DNA of 64,000 bases from Patescibacteria group bacterium (lineage in GTDB: Bacteria; Patescibacteriota; Patescibacteriia; XYB2-FULL-38-15): positions 83,734 to 147,733 of the forward strand of contig JBGSRW010000006.1 in NCBI GenBank assembly GCA_041737355.1, in the 5' to 3' direction. Positions 1-9,279 of this stretch are shown here, piece by piece. Numbering within the stretch: position 1 is the first letter of the stretch; the number at the start of each line of letters is the position of its first letter. Under the pieces are notes generated by a model. The model ran no database searches and was not told where the DNA came from. It saw only the letters and a program-made list of their open reading frames with translations. A program made the position numbers and the translations under genes.

Positions 1-295
1 GGCCATTTTTATTTCATAATCTTGATCCAGATTGGAAATAATAATGACCGGAATTCCGCGTGTCTCAGGATTTTTTTTCAGGTCGGCTAAAACCGAAAAT
101 CCCTCTTTCATGGGCAAAACTATGTCGAGAAGAATCAAATCCGGCTTCTCCTTCTCCGCCGAAATAATTCCTCCTGTCCCCGAATCGGCCGTCACAACCC
201 TATACCCCTCTTTCGCGAGTTTGGTTTTATAAATTTCCCGGATGTCCTCTTCGTCCTCCACGATTAGGACTGTCTGTTTGTTGCTCAAGGCCATA
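1..295 (-). CDS. Response regulator receiver domain protein (3' end truncated by window edge)
   Basis: Reverse-strand translation from ATG at 295-293 gives MALSNKQTVLIVEDEEDIREIYKTKLAKEGYRVVTADSG...PDLILLDIVLPMKEGFSVLADLKKNPETRGIPVIIISN, a CheY-like receiver with the phospho-acceptor Asp in LLDI; it sits directly downstream of the histidine kinase. No stop inside the window. Confidence 0.6.
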
Positions 296-320
296 TTTTT
301 AATGCTAATCTTCAAACTAT

Positions 321-2039
321 TTAGGCGACAGGCAGAGTAAAATAAAACGCTGTTCCTTTGTTTTCCTCGGATTCAAACCAGATTGCCCCGCCATGAATTT
401 TAATAATTTCAAAGGTGATAAACATTCCTAAACCGGTTCCCTCGATATTCGCCCGCTTAACATTAGAGCCGCGGAAAAATCTGCTGAAAATCTTTTCTTG
501 TTCGCCTTCGGGAATGCCAAGACCTTCATCGGCTATCTTAACCTGAATATATTTTCCGCCCTTCCCGGTAAAGCCGTAGCGGGGAATTATCTCCTCGGGA
601 GCGACCCGGTTCGCCGCCGAAACGGTTATTTCTATTTTTTTGCCCGATGGAGTAAATTTTACCGCATTGCTCAAAAGGTTCAAAACAACTTGGAGAATCC
701 TGTCTTTATCGGCTAAAACTTTTGGCATGGCCGGCGAAGGTTTATTCCAGACAAAATCAATATCTTGACTTTTTATACTGACGGCTGAATTTCCCGCCGC
801 CTCGTCAACAATATCCTCAATCTGACAGGGCGCCGGCTGAACCTTCAATCTCGCCTCATCAAGCCTTGAAACATCGAGCAGATCATTTACGAGAGAAAGC
901 AGGCGGTCGTTCGAGGTATAAAGTTGTTCGACAATTTCTCTTTGTTTCAGATTAATTTTACCCAGATCCTCATTCCTTAACATTTCAAGCGACCAGCGGA
1001 AAACATTAAGCGGATTTTTCAGCTCATGAGCGGTGTAGCTCACAAAATTTTTCCTCATCTGGTTAAGTTCTTGAAGTTTAAGGTTATTTTTGCTCAACTC
1101 CTTGTTGGCTGTATTCAGATCCTTGGTCCTCTTGGCTATCTGAATTTCTAGTCCCCGGTGCGAAGCGGCTACCTCGCCTGCCATTTCATTAAATTGATTG
1201 GCGATTTTCTCAAATTCATCGCCCGTTTCAAGCTCGACCCGGGAATCGAGGTCTTTGGAAAAATTTTCTATTCCTTTTTCCAGCACCAGCAAAGGTTCGA
1301 TAAAAAATATTTTGACGAGCATGAAGATAAATACGATGAGGAGAACAAAAAATAATAAAATAACCGGCATCAGATCCTTCAGTTCCCTTTCTACGTCTGT
1401 AACGCTTTCGGCCGACATATCTACCCCGACTATCCCGACAATTTGCCCCTGGATATTCTTTAGCGGAGCGTAAGCGGAAAGAAAACATCCCCATTTATCG
1501 CAGGCAATATCCTCGTCCGCCCCGACCGTTCCGGAAAAAGCCGCGAGCATGGCGGGATATTCGGACAAAATATATTCTTCACCAACGTGCGCCCTGTCTT
1601 CTTCGGGATCGATTACCCCGTTTCTGTTTGAATCCTCGGGAATTGTGCTATCGAGAACAAAAATTCCGACCCCCCCCTGCCCGGAAAGCCGCAGGGTATA
1701 AATACTATTGACTAGAAGGGTAGCCGCCTGGATTTTATGTAACGGCGCGACTAATCTCTCGTATATCGCGGACGACTCGTCGGCCGGAGAAACGATTGTT
1801 TCGTGGCTGGCTACGTCAATACTGGCGGAAGACACTTGGGCTAAAGTTATGAGCTCCCTTTTCAAGCTACCGCGAACGTCTTTCATGATCTCCCGGTAGA
1901 TAAAATACCCTCCAAAGATAAAAACTGTCAGGGCAATTATCCCCAAAGATAAACCAAATTTAAAGGATAGGTTGATTTTTTTTAAAAACTTCTTTTCCCC
2001 CATAGATTTAAATATCCTCTTGAATCTATTATACCACAA
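321..2039 (-). CDS. Sensor histidine kinase (TM, extracellular sensor domain, HAMP, HisKA, HATPase_c)
   Basis: 572-aa ORF with an N-terminal TM segment, a second TM (LLFFVLLIVFIFMLV), an H-box YTAHELKNPL and a C-terminal GTGLGM...GGAIWFESEENKGTAFYFTLP ATPase G-boxes. Confidence 0.85.
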   Translation of the reverse strand: MWYNRFKRIFKSMGEKKFLKKINLSFKFGLSLGIIALTVFIFGGYFIYREIMKDVRGSLKRELITLAQVSSASIDVASHETIVSPADESSAIYERLVAPLHKIQAATLLVNSIYTLRLSGQGGVGIFVLDSTIPEDSNRNGVIDPEEDRAHVGEEYILSEYPAMLAAFSGTVGADEDIACDKWGCFLSAYAPLKNIQGQIVGIVGVDMSAESVTDVERELKDLMPVILLFFVLLIVFIFMLVKIFFIEPLLVLEKGIENFSKDLDSRVELETGDEFEKIANQFNEMAGEVAASHRGLEIQIAKRTKDLNTANKELSKNNLKLQELNQMRKNFVSYTAHELKNPLNVFRWSLEMLRNEDLGKINLKQREIVEQLYTSNDRLLSLVNDLLDVSRLDEARLKVQPAPCQIEDIVDEAAGNSAVSIKSQDIDFVWNKPSPAMPKVLADKDRILQVVLNLLSNAVKFTPSGKKIEITVSAANRVAPEEIIPRYGFTGKGGKYIQVKIADEGLGIPEGEQEKIFSRFFRGSNVKRANIEGTGLGMFITFEIIKIHGGAIWFESEENKGTAFYFTLPVA

Positions 2040-2084
2040 AATCGGACATTTTTCACTTTTTATCAGTTTTTCCGATAACTAAAA

Positions 2085-2157
2085 TGCGCCCAGAAGGATT
2101 CGAACCTTCGACCGTTCGCTTAAGAGGCGACTGCTCTGCCAACTGAGCTATGGGCGC
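2085..2157 (-). tRNA. tRNA-Lys (anticodon CTT)
   Basis: The reverse complement folds as a cloverleaf with GCGCCCA/TGGGCGC acceptor, GCTCAGTTGGCAGAGC D-arm, anticodon loop CTCTTAA and GGTTCGAATCC T-arm. Confidence 0.8.
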
Positions 2158-2189
2158 ATATTTATTTTTTTGTATAAAAAACGGCTTTT

Positions 2190-2261
2190 TGCGCCCGGCA
2201 GGAATCGAACCCACATTACTGGTTCCGAAGACCAGTGCTCTGTCCATTGAGCTACGGGCGC
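2190..2261 (-). tRNA. tRNA-Arg (anticodon TCG)
   Basis: The reverse complement GCGCCCGTAGCTCAATGGACAGAGCACTGGTCTTCGGAACCAG...GGGTTCGATTCC...CGGGCGCA has a 7-bp acceptor and anticodon loop CTTCGGA. Confidence 0.8.
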
Positions 2262-2318
2262 CAATCAAACCATAACTTACCATATCCTAAAAAATTTATC
2301 AAAGCCCGGAGGTTCATT

Positions 2319-3143
2319 CTACGGAGTACCCGACGTTCCCCTGTCTTCCGGCCTAATCTTAACCTCTATCGCAACCTGGTTGGCTTCCGCCACGGACAAT
2401 TCCCCGCCTTGCGTTTCCGCCCCGCTAAACGAAGCGCTTGCCAAACTGATAATCCTGAAATCGGTTATCTCCCACGCCGCCACTTCCGAGAAAGGCTTAA
2501 GATTGATTGTAAAATCTATTTTTCCCTCTTCCCCCGGCAAAAGTTTAGCGAGCCGGCTGATTTCCCGGCTGGTCCAGGTAATAGTCCCGCGTCGCAGTTC
2601 CGGAGAAAGCTGAACTCCGACAATTTTTCCGCCGTTTTGATCGACAAGAGTCGTCCAGTCCAAAAGCATCTTGTTGTTCCGCGAAGTAGAATCAAAATTT
2701 ATTTTTATTACCAGCCCTTCCAGATTTTGTTCGCTCATGTTTTTGTAAAAAATGGAATAGCCGAGCGTATCCCTGAAGCCGGCGCTCGCGAATTGTCCCT
2801 GGCCGTTTACCGCCAGACCGAGATCCAGCAAAGAATTACTTATTTCCGGAATAACCTCTTCCTCGACCCCCTTCCTTGAACCAAAAATGTCTGGAACTAC
2901 GGCCGGATCTATCTCCTTGGCGCTCGATCTCTTATCTTGGCCGGCGATTATCTTTTCGGCCGACAGGAGACGCCTCGGATAAGCGCTGGATTCTTTCTGA
3001 AACATGGCGATAAATTGGATGTCTCCCAGAGGATCAAGAAGATAAAAATAAGAAAAAACGGAAAATCCCAGCAATAAAACTAAAATGATAAAAGAAGCCA
3101 CCTTCAAAAGATTTTTCTCAAAATGACTGACCGCTTTTTCCAT
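2319..3143 (-). CDS. Hypothetical membrane-anchored protein, terminal gene of the pilus cluster
   Basis: 274-aa ORF with a single N-terminal TM (VASFIILVLLLGFSVFSYFYLL), co-directional with and immediately downstream of pilMNO. No recognizable domain. Confidence 0.45.
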   Translation of the reverse strand: MEKAVSHFEKNLLKVASFIILVLLLGFSVFSYFYLLDPLGDIQFIAMFQKESSAYPRRLLSAEKIIAGQDKRSSAKEIDPAVVPDIFGSRKGVEEEVIPEISNSLLDLGLAVNGQGQFASAGFRDTLGYSIFYKNMSEQNLEGLVIKINFDSTSRNNKMLLDWTTLVDQNGGKIVGVQLSPELRRGTITWTSREISRLAKLLPGEEGKIDFTINLKPFSEVAAWEITDFRIISLASASFSGAETQGGELSVAEANQVAIEVKIRPEDRGTSGTP

Positions 3144-3155
3144 AAACTTAAAAAT

Positions 3156-3689
3156 TTATAACCAATAAACCGCACCGCGCACTGCAGTTTCTATTCTTGA
3201 AGGCCCAGAATCCGCCGCCTCCAGATCAATGATGTCGATCGAATCAATCTCAAAAAAATAATTTAATTTTTCCAATTTCTCCAGATAACCGAGGGTTGCG
3301 GAAAAATTCCCTTCCGCGGTTATCTCGAGAGGAACCTTAAAATAATTTCCTTCTTCAACTTTCTTATTGATATCAAATTTTATTTTTTGTTTTATGTCTT
3401 TACCGGCTAAAGTTTCCAAAAATTTTACGAATTCGAATTCATCGCTTACCTCGGAAAAAAATTCTTTTGAAACTTCCCCGACTTCGGCCTCGCGCTTCTC
3501 GATATTTCTCGTAACTTCCTCGAGCGACGGCTGCCTCAGATAATCCTCGGAAATCCTTTCTGCATCAGTCCGCAGGGCGTTTCTTTGTTCCACGATGTCG
3601 GAAACCGTTATAGACAAAAGTAAAACCGTGCTGCCAAATAAAACCGCCAGGAGGGAGAGATAAGCCAAATTTGCTTTATTAAAAATCAT
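3156..3689 (-). CDS. pilO: PilO-like type IV pilus biogenesis protein
   Basis: 177 aa with an N-terminal TM (LAYLSLLAVLFGSTVLLLSI), a coiled-coil and a C-terminal alpha/beta domain, directly following pilN; size and topology are typical of PilO. Confidence 0.5.
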   Translation of the reverse strand: MIFNKANLAYLSLLAVLFGSTVLLLSITVSDIVEQRNALRTDAERISEDYLRQPSLEEVTRNIEKREAEVGEVSKEFFSEVSDEFEFVKFLETLAGKDIKQKIKFDINKKVEEGNYFKVPLEITAEGNFSATLGYLEKLEKLNYFFEIDSIDIIDLEAADSGPSRIETAVRGAVYWL

Positions 3690-3696
3690 ACGCGTC

Positions 3697-4212
3697 CTAA
3701 AGTTTGGAAAAATTAACGACGGCCGTTATTTCAAAACTCACCAGCTCTTTACTCGAAATATCTTCCATTGAAATTTCCACCTCGGAAAACCTCCCCTCCA
3801 CTTCAAGATTTTTTTTGAAATTAATCAGGTCTTCGCGGGTAGCCGCCACTCCTCTGACCGTTGCTCCCTTCCCTTCCTTTGAAAAAACCAGCTCACTTAC
3901 TTTGACTCCGACCGGAACGGTTTTGACCAAATCAGCCAAGCTGTCGGAAAAAAAGGTAAATTTGTCCTGAAGTTTGCCCATGACGGAAATTTTGTCGTTT
4001 AAAATTTTTGTCCGGTCAAGAATCTCCCCCGTTCTTCCGGCTATCCCCGCTTCGCTTATCTTTTCAGCCAAACCGACATTGGCCAAGATCATCGTGACAG
4101 CGGCCGTAAAAAGAAAAAGAGAGATGGCAGCAAAAAACACAACCACCCTCCGGCCCCGCTGGATTTCTACCTCTCTTCTTCTCTCGTATGAAAGTAGGTT
4201 AAGAGTAATCAT
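3697..4212 (-). CDS. pilN: PilN-like type IV pilus biogenesis protein
   Basis: Trimmed from the 3697..4404 ORF to the ATG at 4212 (MITLNLLSYERRREV..., the typical PilN start MI.INLLP) 3 nt after the pilM stop, followed by a TM (VVVFFAAISLFLFTAAV). Confidence 0.6.
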   Translation of the reverse strand: MITLNLLSYERRREVEIQRGRRVVVFFAAISLFLFTAAVTMILANVGLAEKISEAGIAGRTGEILDRTKILNDKISVMGKLQDKFTFFSDSLADLVKTVPVGVKVSELVFSKEGKGATVRGVAATREDLINFKKNLEVEGRFSEVEISMEDISSKELVSFEITAVVNFSKL

Positions 4213-4214
4213 AT

Positions 4215-5267
4215 TCAGTCTGTTTTCAGCCCCGCCAGGGCCAATCCGATGGCCGTAGCGAAAGCGACCGGCGATCCCGGCAATTTGATGCGTTGTTTCC
4301 TTTCCGGCCGGATATTGGCAAATGGATTGCCGAGCGAAACTGCCAATTTTGTTTTTGAGGCGAGATATTCCGGCAATTTTTTCGTCTGGGCAACTCCGCC
4401 GCAAATAAATAATTCCCTAACTTCCCCGCCGCCCCTTTGACCTTCAAATTTCAAAACTTGTTTTATTTCTTTTATAATCAACGAAAAGTTTTTCTCAATA
4501 ATTTTATATTCCTTGGATTTATTGTCTTCTAAGCCGCACTCTATTTTTCTGGTTTCGGCTTCGGCTAAAGAAATTTTTAACCCCGACGCGATCTCTTCGG
4601 CGATTCCCGAGCCGGAAACCGGGATACTTATACTAAACTGTATCGCCCCCTTATCATACAAGATAAGGCTGGAACGATTGGCCCCGAGATCAAGCACCAA
4701 TTTGGGCGCTTCTTCTGATTTTTTATCTTTTTTTTCCGGGATCAGACAATTGATGATTGCCCCCGCTTCTATTTCCAGCGTTTCGGTTTGCAGGCCGGCC
4801 GCGGCTAAAACCTCAAGGTAATCGTCAACAATTTTTCTGGGAGCTACACCGACCATTACCTCCATAAGATCGTTATCCGGTTTCTCCGGCTGAAACGGCT
4901 GCCAGTCTATATAAACTTCTTCAGCTTTGAGGGGAAAATGGTGTTGTATGCCCTCAAGAATAAAATCGTTAACTCTTTTGGCTTCCATGGTTGCCGGTAT
5001 CTCAATGACTTTGATAAAAGTTTTTAGTTCGGGCAAACAAACGGAAACTTTCTTGGTCCTGATTTTTCTTCCCTTGGCGGAGGATACCAATTTTTTGATG
5101 GCCTTGGCAGCCTTGTCCTTATCCTTGATAACCCCTTTCTCCATCAAGCCCGGCGGCAACACCAGTTCGTTCCACGACCTGATGTTTTTTTGTCCGTCAA
5201 GCCAAACCAATCTGAGCGATGTGTCGCTGATATCAAGGCCGAAAGAATTTTTTGAAAAAAAAGACAT
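4215..5267 (-). CDS. pilM: Type IV pilus assembly protein PilM (actin-like ATPase fold)
   Basis: 350 aa beginning MSFFSKNSFGLDISDTSLRLVWLDGQ, with GLDIGAN/LDLGANRSSL-type motifs of the PilM/FtsA actin-like family; located upstream of pilN/pilO. Confidence 0.8.
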   Translation of the reverse strand: MSFFSKNSFGLDISDTSLRLVWLDGQKNIRSWNELVLPPGLMEKGVIKDKDKAAKAIKKLVSSAKGRKIRTKKVSVCLPELKTFIKVIEIPATMEAKRVNDFILEGIQHHFPLKAEEVYIDWQPFQPEKPDNDLMEVMVGVAPRKIVDDYLEVLAAAGLQTETLEIEAGAIINCLIPEKKDKKSEEAPKLVLDLGANRSSLILYDKGAIQFSISIPVSGSGIAEEIASGLKISLAEAETRKIECGLEDNKSKEYKIIEKNFSLIIKEIKQVLKFEGQRGGGEVRELFICGGVAQTKKLPEYLASKTKLAVSLGNPFANIRPERKQRIKLPGSPVAFATAIGLALAGLKTD

Positions 5268-5274
5268 AAAAATT

Positions 5275-6597
5275 TTATTCGCTTCTCGTTCCCTTAACTT
5301 TTCTCCAGGTTCCGGCCGCGGTAGAAGCGACGGTCATATTGGCTGGCGTCACTCCGGCGCTGTCGTAATTAATAGTCGCGTTATTATTTAGAAAAACACG
5401 ATAACCGGCAGCGGCCATGGCATTGCCGTTGTTATTTATAGTCACACTTCCGTTCGGGGCGTAAAAAACTCCTCCGTCGACGTTGTTGGCGACATTAATC
5501 GCCGGCGACGAGTCGCTAGTTTTTGTATTTGTACTTACAAACATAATATAGCTTCCATCAATTCCGGAACGCTCCAGAACGGCATTGTTGGAAATAGTAA
5601 TCGTCCCGGAATTTGCCATGTCGCTTGGTTTGTCGGCCAGAATCAGGCCACTAGCCGGCCCGAAAGCGGTGCTAAGTTTCAAGACGGAATTATTAGTCAG
5701 GAGAACATTGCCCAAAACCCAGACTGGCCCGGTAATAGTGACTGTGGTGCTATCAATCGTCAGGTTTCCATTAATTTTTTTTGGGCCAATAGTGCTGCCG
5801 TTCGGCGCGGTATAGTTCCCGCTGATTGTTCCGCCAGCTTCGGCTGCCTGATGCCAGAAATTAAAATCGAAAGACGGAAGAGCCCGGGGCGCCGGGGTCG
5901 AACTATTCGGGTGTTTTGTGCCGGTAACCGTTGAACCGGAAATATCAGCCGGATTATTTTTATAATAAGCGTCGCGGTTAACTTGCGAATTTAAAACCCT
6001 GTCGGCATAAGCATCACGGATATTGTCGCAATTATCAATTTTCCCGCCAACCCTTGAAACATAAACATCTCTTTCCGTTTCGGCATTATTGCTGCAAGTA
6101 ACATCTGCTGCGGAATATAAAGGGCCGTTCTGCACCTCGGCATTATTGGAAAGGCCGACTCCTCCCCCCGTAGCCTGGACCGCGAAATCAAAACCTGACT
6201 GGGTAACAGTCTGGGGCGCTGTCGAGGTCTGAATTTTCACCGTCTTGGTTTCCCCTCCGGGAGTAGTCCCGACCGAAGTTACCGTTTTCAGAGTGCTTGT
6301 TCCGCTCACGGTCGTGGTAAAAGTTCCGTTGCCCATATTAATATTACTTTCCCCGACGTAGCCGGAACCGAAAGTTCCCCCGCAATTTGTCCCGACAGTC
6401 TGGTTCAGGCACCAAACCGCTTTATTGGCGCCAGCCTCGGCAAACCAAAGAGCCTGGGAATTATCGTTAATCGCCTTGTTAAGTTTTGTCGCGTGGACCG
6501 ACTTGTCAATTACCACTACCGCGTACGCCGAAACCAAGGCCATTATCATGGCGGCAATCAAGAGAACCTGCCCACGGTTGTCCGGCATTTTTTTCAT
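5275..6597 (-). CDS. PilX-like large pseudopilin with a predicted beta-helix-like C-terminal domain
   Basis: 440 aa. The N-terminus MKKMPDNRGQVLLIAAMIMALVSAYAVVV resembles the PilX N-domain (RG-xx-L-[VI], hydrophobic helix, no Glu at +5). The remainder is Gly/Asn/Thr-rich repeats (NNNATINYDSAG, GNVLLTNNSVLK). Confidence 0.5.
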   Translation of the reverse strand: MKKMPDNRGQVLLIAAMIMALVSAYAVVVIDKSVHATKLNKAINDNSQALWFAEAGANKAVWCLNQTVGTNCGGTFGSGYVGESNINMGNGTFTTTVSGTSTLKTVTSVGTTPGGETKTVKIQTSTAPQTVTQSGFDFAVQATGGGVGLSNNAEVQNGPLYSAADVTCSNNAETERDVYVSRVGGKIDNCDNIRDAYADRVLNSQVNRDAYYKNNPADISGSTVTGTKHPNSSTPAPRALPSFDFNFWHQAAEAGGTISGNYTAPNGSTIGPKKINGNLTIDSTTVTITGPVWVLGNVLLTNNSVLKLSTAFGPASGLILADKPSDMANSGTITISNNAVLERSGIDGSYIMFVSTNTKTSDSSPAINVANNVDGGVFYAPNGSVTINNNGNAMAAAGYRVFLNNNATINYDSAGVTPANMTVASTAAGTWRKVKGTRSE

Positions 6598-7184
6598 TTA
6601 TTTTTCAAGTTAAATTTCTTGTCTATAGCCAAAGTTTTTGTTTTTCCGGAAATGTTTTTTGACATTGATAATTGGACCAAAACCGAACTAACGCTGTCAT
6701 AGCTGCTATTATCATATATAAACTGAAGCCGGCTGACCGAATCGGACAAGGCCCTGGCGAGCGTTGCCCTGCTGCTCGCCGGATCGGCTTGCTGCGAAAT
6801 AAAAATTTTATTATTTGATAAATACACCGCGGCGTAATCGTATTTCCCGGATATTACCTTTCCGGCCGAATCAATTGAAGGAATTTCCAAAACCAATGTC
6901 CCGGCCGAAGCGGTGTAATTTATTGAATTGATTGTCCTTGAGGAAAGCGCCTTGTCGGCTACCCTGACTACCCGGCCGACGGCTTCCACGGCCTCGGCCC
7001 CCTGAAGCTGAAAATCCGAACCCGCTGAATTAAGATTAAAAATTCTTCCGTGCGTGATAAAAAGATCCATGATGACAATTGAAATAAGGGAAACCAGGGT
7101 AATCACGACAATCGCCTCAACAATGCTTATCCCTTTATTTTTCAAAAAAATTTTTCGGAACGGCCAAACGGAAAATTTATTCAT
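6594..7184 (-). CDS. Prepilin-type N-terminal cleavage/methylation domain pseudopilin
   Basis: 196 aa. The N-terminus NKG|ISIVEAIVVITLVSLISIV has Gly at -1 and Glu at +5, the class III signal. Confidence 0.65.
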   Translation of the reverse strand: MNKFSVWPFRKIFLKNKGISIVEAIVVITLVSLISIVIMDLFITHGRIFNLNSAGSDFQLQGAEAVEAVGRVVRVADKALSSRTINSINYTASAGTLVLEIPSIDSAGKVISGKYDYAAVYLSNNKIFISQQADPASSRATLARALSDSVSRLQFIYDNSSYDSVSSVLVQLSMSKNISGKTKTLAIDKKFNLKNK

Positions 7185-8172
7185 ATACTTTGCTTCTTAA
7201 AGTAGATAATTGGATTTCTTTAGCCGAGCCTCTTTCCTGCCAGACAACCTTGGCGGTTATTTTTTTTATTTCCGTTCCGCTGTAATTTTGGATAGTCAGT
7301 TTGCCAGCTAAACCGGCAAGTTCTCCCGGGCTGATTTTCAGAAAACCCTCGGGAAAATTGCCCACCGTCTCCGTGTCGAAAAACCAATCGTTGTTTTTTA
7401 TGGAACTTTCCAGATGGATATTATCAATGTAGTAATAGGTACTATTTTGTCCCAAAAAACCAACATAACCATTCGCAAAAGTACTGTCGCTTTGGTCAAC
7501 TTTCAAAACATCATCCAGATAAACCTTCAGGGATGTCCCGAGGGTTAATACTTTGAGTTTATACCATGTTCCCGTGTTGTGTGCCTGGCTCGCTGTCCAA
7601 AGAACGGTCGGAGTCCCTGCCAAAAATTTTACGAGCTTTATTGAGCTGCTCGTAATGCTCCAGTAATAATAATTTTCAATATCCTGATAACGGAAAACAA
7701 TTCCTGTCTGCCAGTTTGCCGCGGAAGACGGCAAAACTTTCAAATAAGCGCTAAAGGTAAAATCGCTGTAATAACTTTCCGGCATAAGGCCGGCGCTCGA
7801 AATACTGCTTCCTACCATTATTGAGGCGGGCGCCACGCTTTGTACCTGCGTCGGGCTCTGAGCCCCGGCGTCGCTTATGATTTTTTGCTCGCCGATATTG
7901 TAAGCCAATCCGACAAAATTTCCGTCAGTCCGCTCGGTCAAATTGTCAAAGGGATAATTGCTCAGGGCGGCCAGCTCCGCTTCGGCAAAACTATAAGCCA
8001 AATTTCTGTTTTGGTTGCTTTGATTAACTCTAAAACTTATTAATGAAGCGGAGAAAACGGATAAAACGAGAACGAGGATAAAAAGACTAACCACCACCTC
8101 TATCAGAGACGTTCCGGCTCCGTCTCTTTTCCTCCGGAAAATTTTGTCTTTTAATTTTTTTTTAAAAATCAT
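7177..8172 (-). CDS. Prepilin-type minor pilin with a large C-terminal beta-sandwich (lectin/LamG-like) domain
   Basis: 331 aa. The N-terminus DGAG|TSLIEVVVSLFILVLVL has Glu at +5; the C-terminal ~200 aa are rich in aromatic/Ser/Thr beta-strand patterns (YVGFLGQNSTYYYIDNIHL). Confidence 0.6.
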   Translation of the reverse strand: MIFKKKLKDKIFRRKRDGAGTSLIEVVVSLFILVLVLSVFSASLISFRVNQSNQNRNLAYSFAEAELAALSNYPFDNLTERTDGNFVGLAYNIGEQKIISDAGAQSPTQVQSVAPASIMVGSSISSAGLMPESYYSDFTFSAYLKVLPSSAANWQTGIVFRYQDIENYYYWSITSSSIKLVKFLAGTPTVLWTASQAHNTGTWYKLKVLTLGTSLKVYLDDVLKVDQSDSTFANGYVGFLGQNSTYYYIDNIHLESSIKNNDWFFDTETVGNFPEGFLKISPGELAGLAGKLTIQNYSGTEIKKITAKVVWQERGSAKEIQLSTLRSKVYE

Positions 8173-8173
8173 G

Positions 8174-9241
8174 CTAAATCTGGGCTAGCGAATAAATTGG
8201 CAACAAAATTGAAACCGCCATAAAGGCGACCCCCAAACCCAAAACTAAAATTAAAATCGGCTCAATGATGGCGGACATCGAATCAAAGGTATTCGTTACC
8301 CTCGTTTCGTAAAAAGACGATATTTCTGAAAGAACCTCGTCGAGCACCCCCGCTTCTTCTCCGACGATAATAATTTGGATAATCAGATTCGGGTAAATAT
8401 TTTTATATTTTCCGAGGGCCGTATGGACAAAGTTCCCTTTGTTGACCTCGTCTCTCGCCTCAAGAAGAGACTGTTTGTATAAAACGTTGTCCAACCCGTT
8501 CGCCGTTGCGAGGAATGCCTCGGAAATGGGAACGCCGGCCTTAAGAAGGATACCGAGATTTCTCGAAAGGCGAGCCAGATTTTGCTCTTTGATAATCCCT
8601 GAAATAACCGGGAGCTTGAGAAGGAACGCCATCCACAAAAATTTTCCGCGCCGGGTTTTTTTCCAAACGAGAAAAAAGACAACCAAAGCTACGAGCGAGG
8701 CCAAAACAAGAATGCCGTAATTTACAACTACATCGGAAATACCGATCAAAATACGCGTTGGCAAAGGTAATTTCAAATCGGCTTCTTCAAAAATTTCGGC
8801 AATGCGCGGGAAGATATAAAAAACAACGACTATTCCAAGAAGAACCATGGCGCTCGCCACGACGATCGGGTAAGCCATGGCAGATTTTAGTTTTCTCTTG
8901 AGCGCTTCTTCTTTCCGCGACAATTCAAAGAATTTTTCCAAAACCATTACCAGATCGCCTTTCATCTCGCCGATTCTTACCATACTGATCAGGGCCGCCC
9001 CAAAAACATCCTTGTGTTTAGACAAACTCTTCTCCAGGGAATTTCCCTTGATCAGATCATTTCTTATATCCCCTAGTACTTCCTTCCAATATTTATTTTT
9101 GCTTTGCTCGGAAAGAATTTCGATCGCCCTGGGCAGAGAAACTCCGGCCCGGATCATTAATGACAGATGCTGGATAAAATAAAGTTTTTCTTCCGATTTG
9201 ATGGAATGACCTTTGAAAAAAGTTGAAATCCGATCCAGCAT
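8174..9241 (-). CDS. pilC: Type IV pilus platform protein PilC (GspF family)
   Basis: 355 aa with duplicated GspF-type modules and three TM segments (ISLMIRAGVSLPRAIEIL ... NLGILLKAGVPISEAF). Confidence 0.85.
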   Translation of the reverse strand: MLDRISTFFKGHSIKSEEKLYFIQHLSLMIRAGVSLPRAIEILSEQSKNKYWKEVLGDIRNDLIKGNSLEKSLSKHKDVFGAALISMVRIGEMKGDLVMVLEKFFELSRKEEALKRKLKSAMAYPIVVASAMVLLGIVVVFYIFPRIAEIFEEADLKLPLPTRILIGISDVVVNYGILVLASLVALVVFFLVWKKTRRGKFLWMAFLLKLPVISGIIKEQNLARLSRNLGILLKAGVPISEAFLATANGLDNVLYKQSLLEARDEVNKGNFVHTALGKYKNIYPNLIIQIIIVGEEAGVLDEVLSEISSFYETRVTNTFDSMSAIIEPILILVLGLGVAFMAVSILLPIYSLAQI

Positions 9242-9279
9242 AAATATATTTATAAAAATTAAAAAATCCCCTCCCGCCC

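Noticed and set aside
32-232. 66-aa plus-strand ORF at the window start
   Set aside because: It is antisense to a well-formed response-regulator receiver domain on the minus strand.
3697-4404. N-terminal extension of the PilN ORF overlapping pilM by ~190 nt
   Set aside because: The extension is Arg/Gly-rich, out of character, and overlaps pilM. The ATG at 4212 gives the canonical PilN N-terminus right after the pilM stop.
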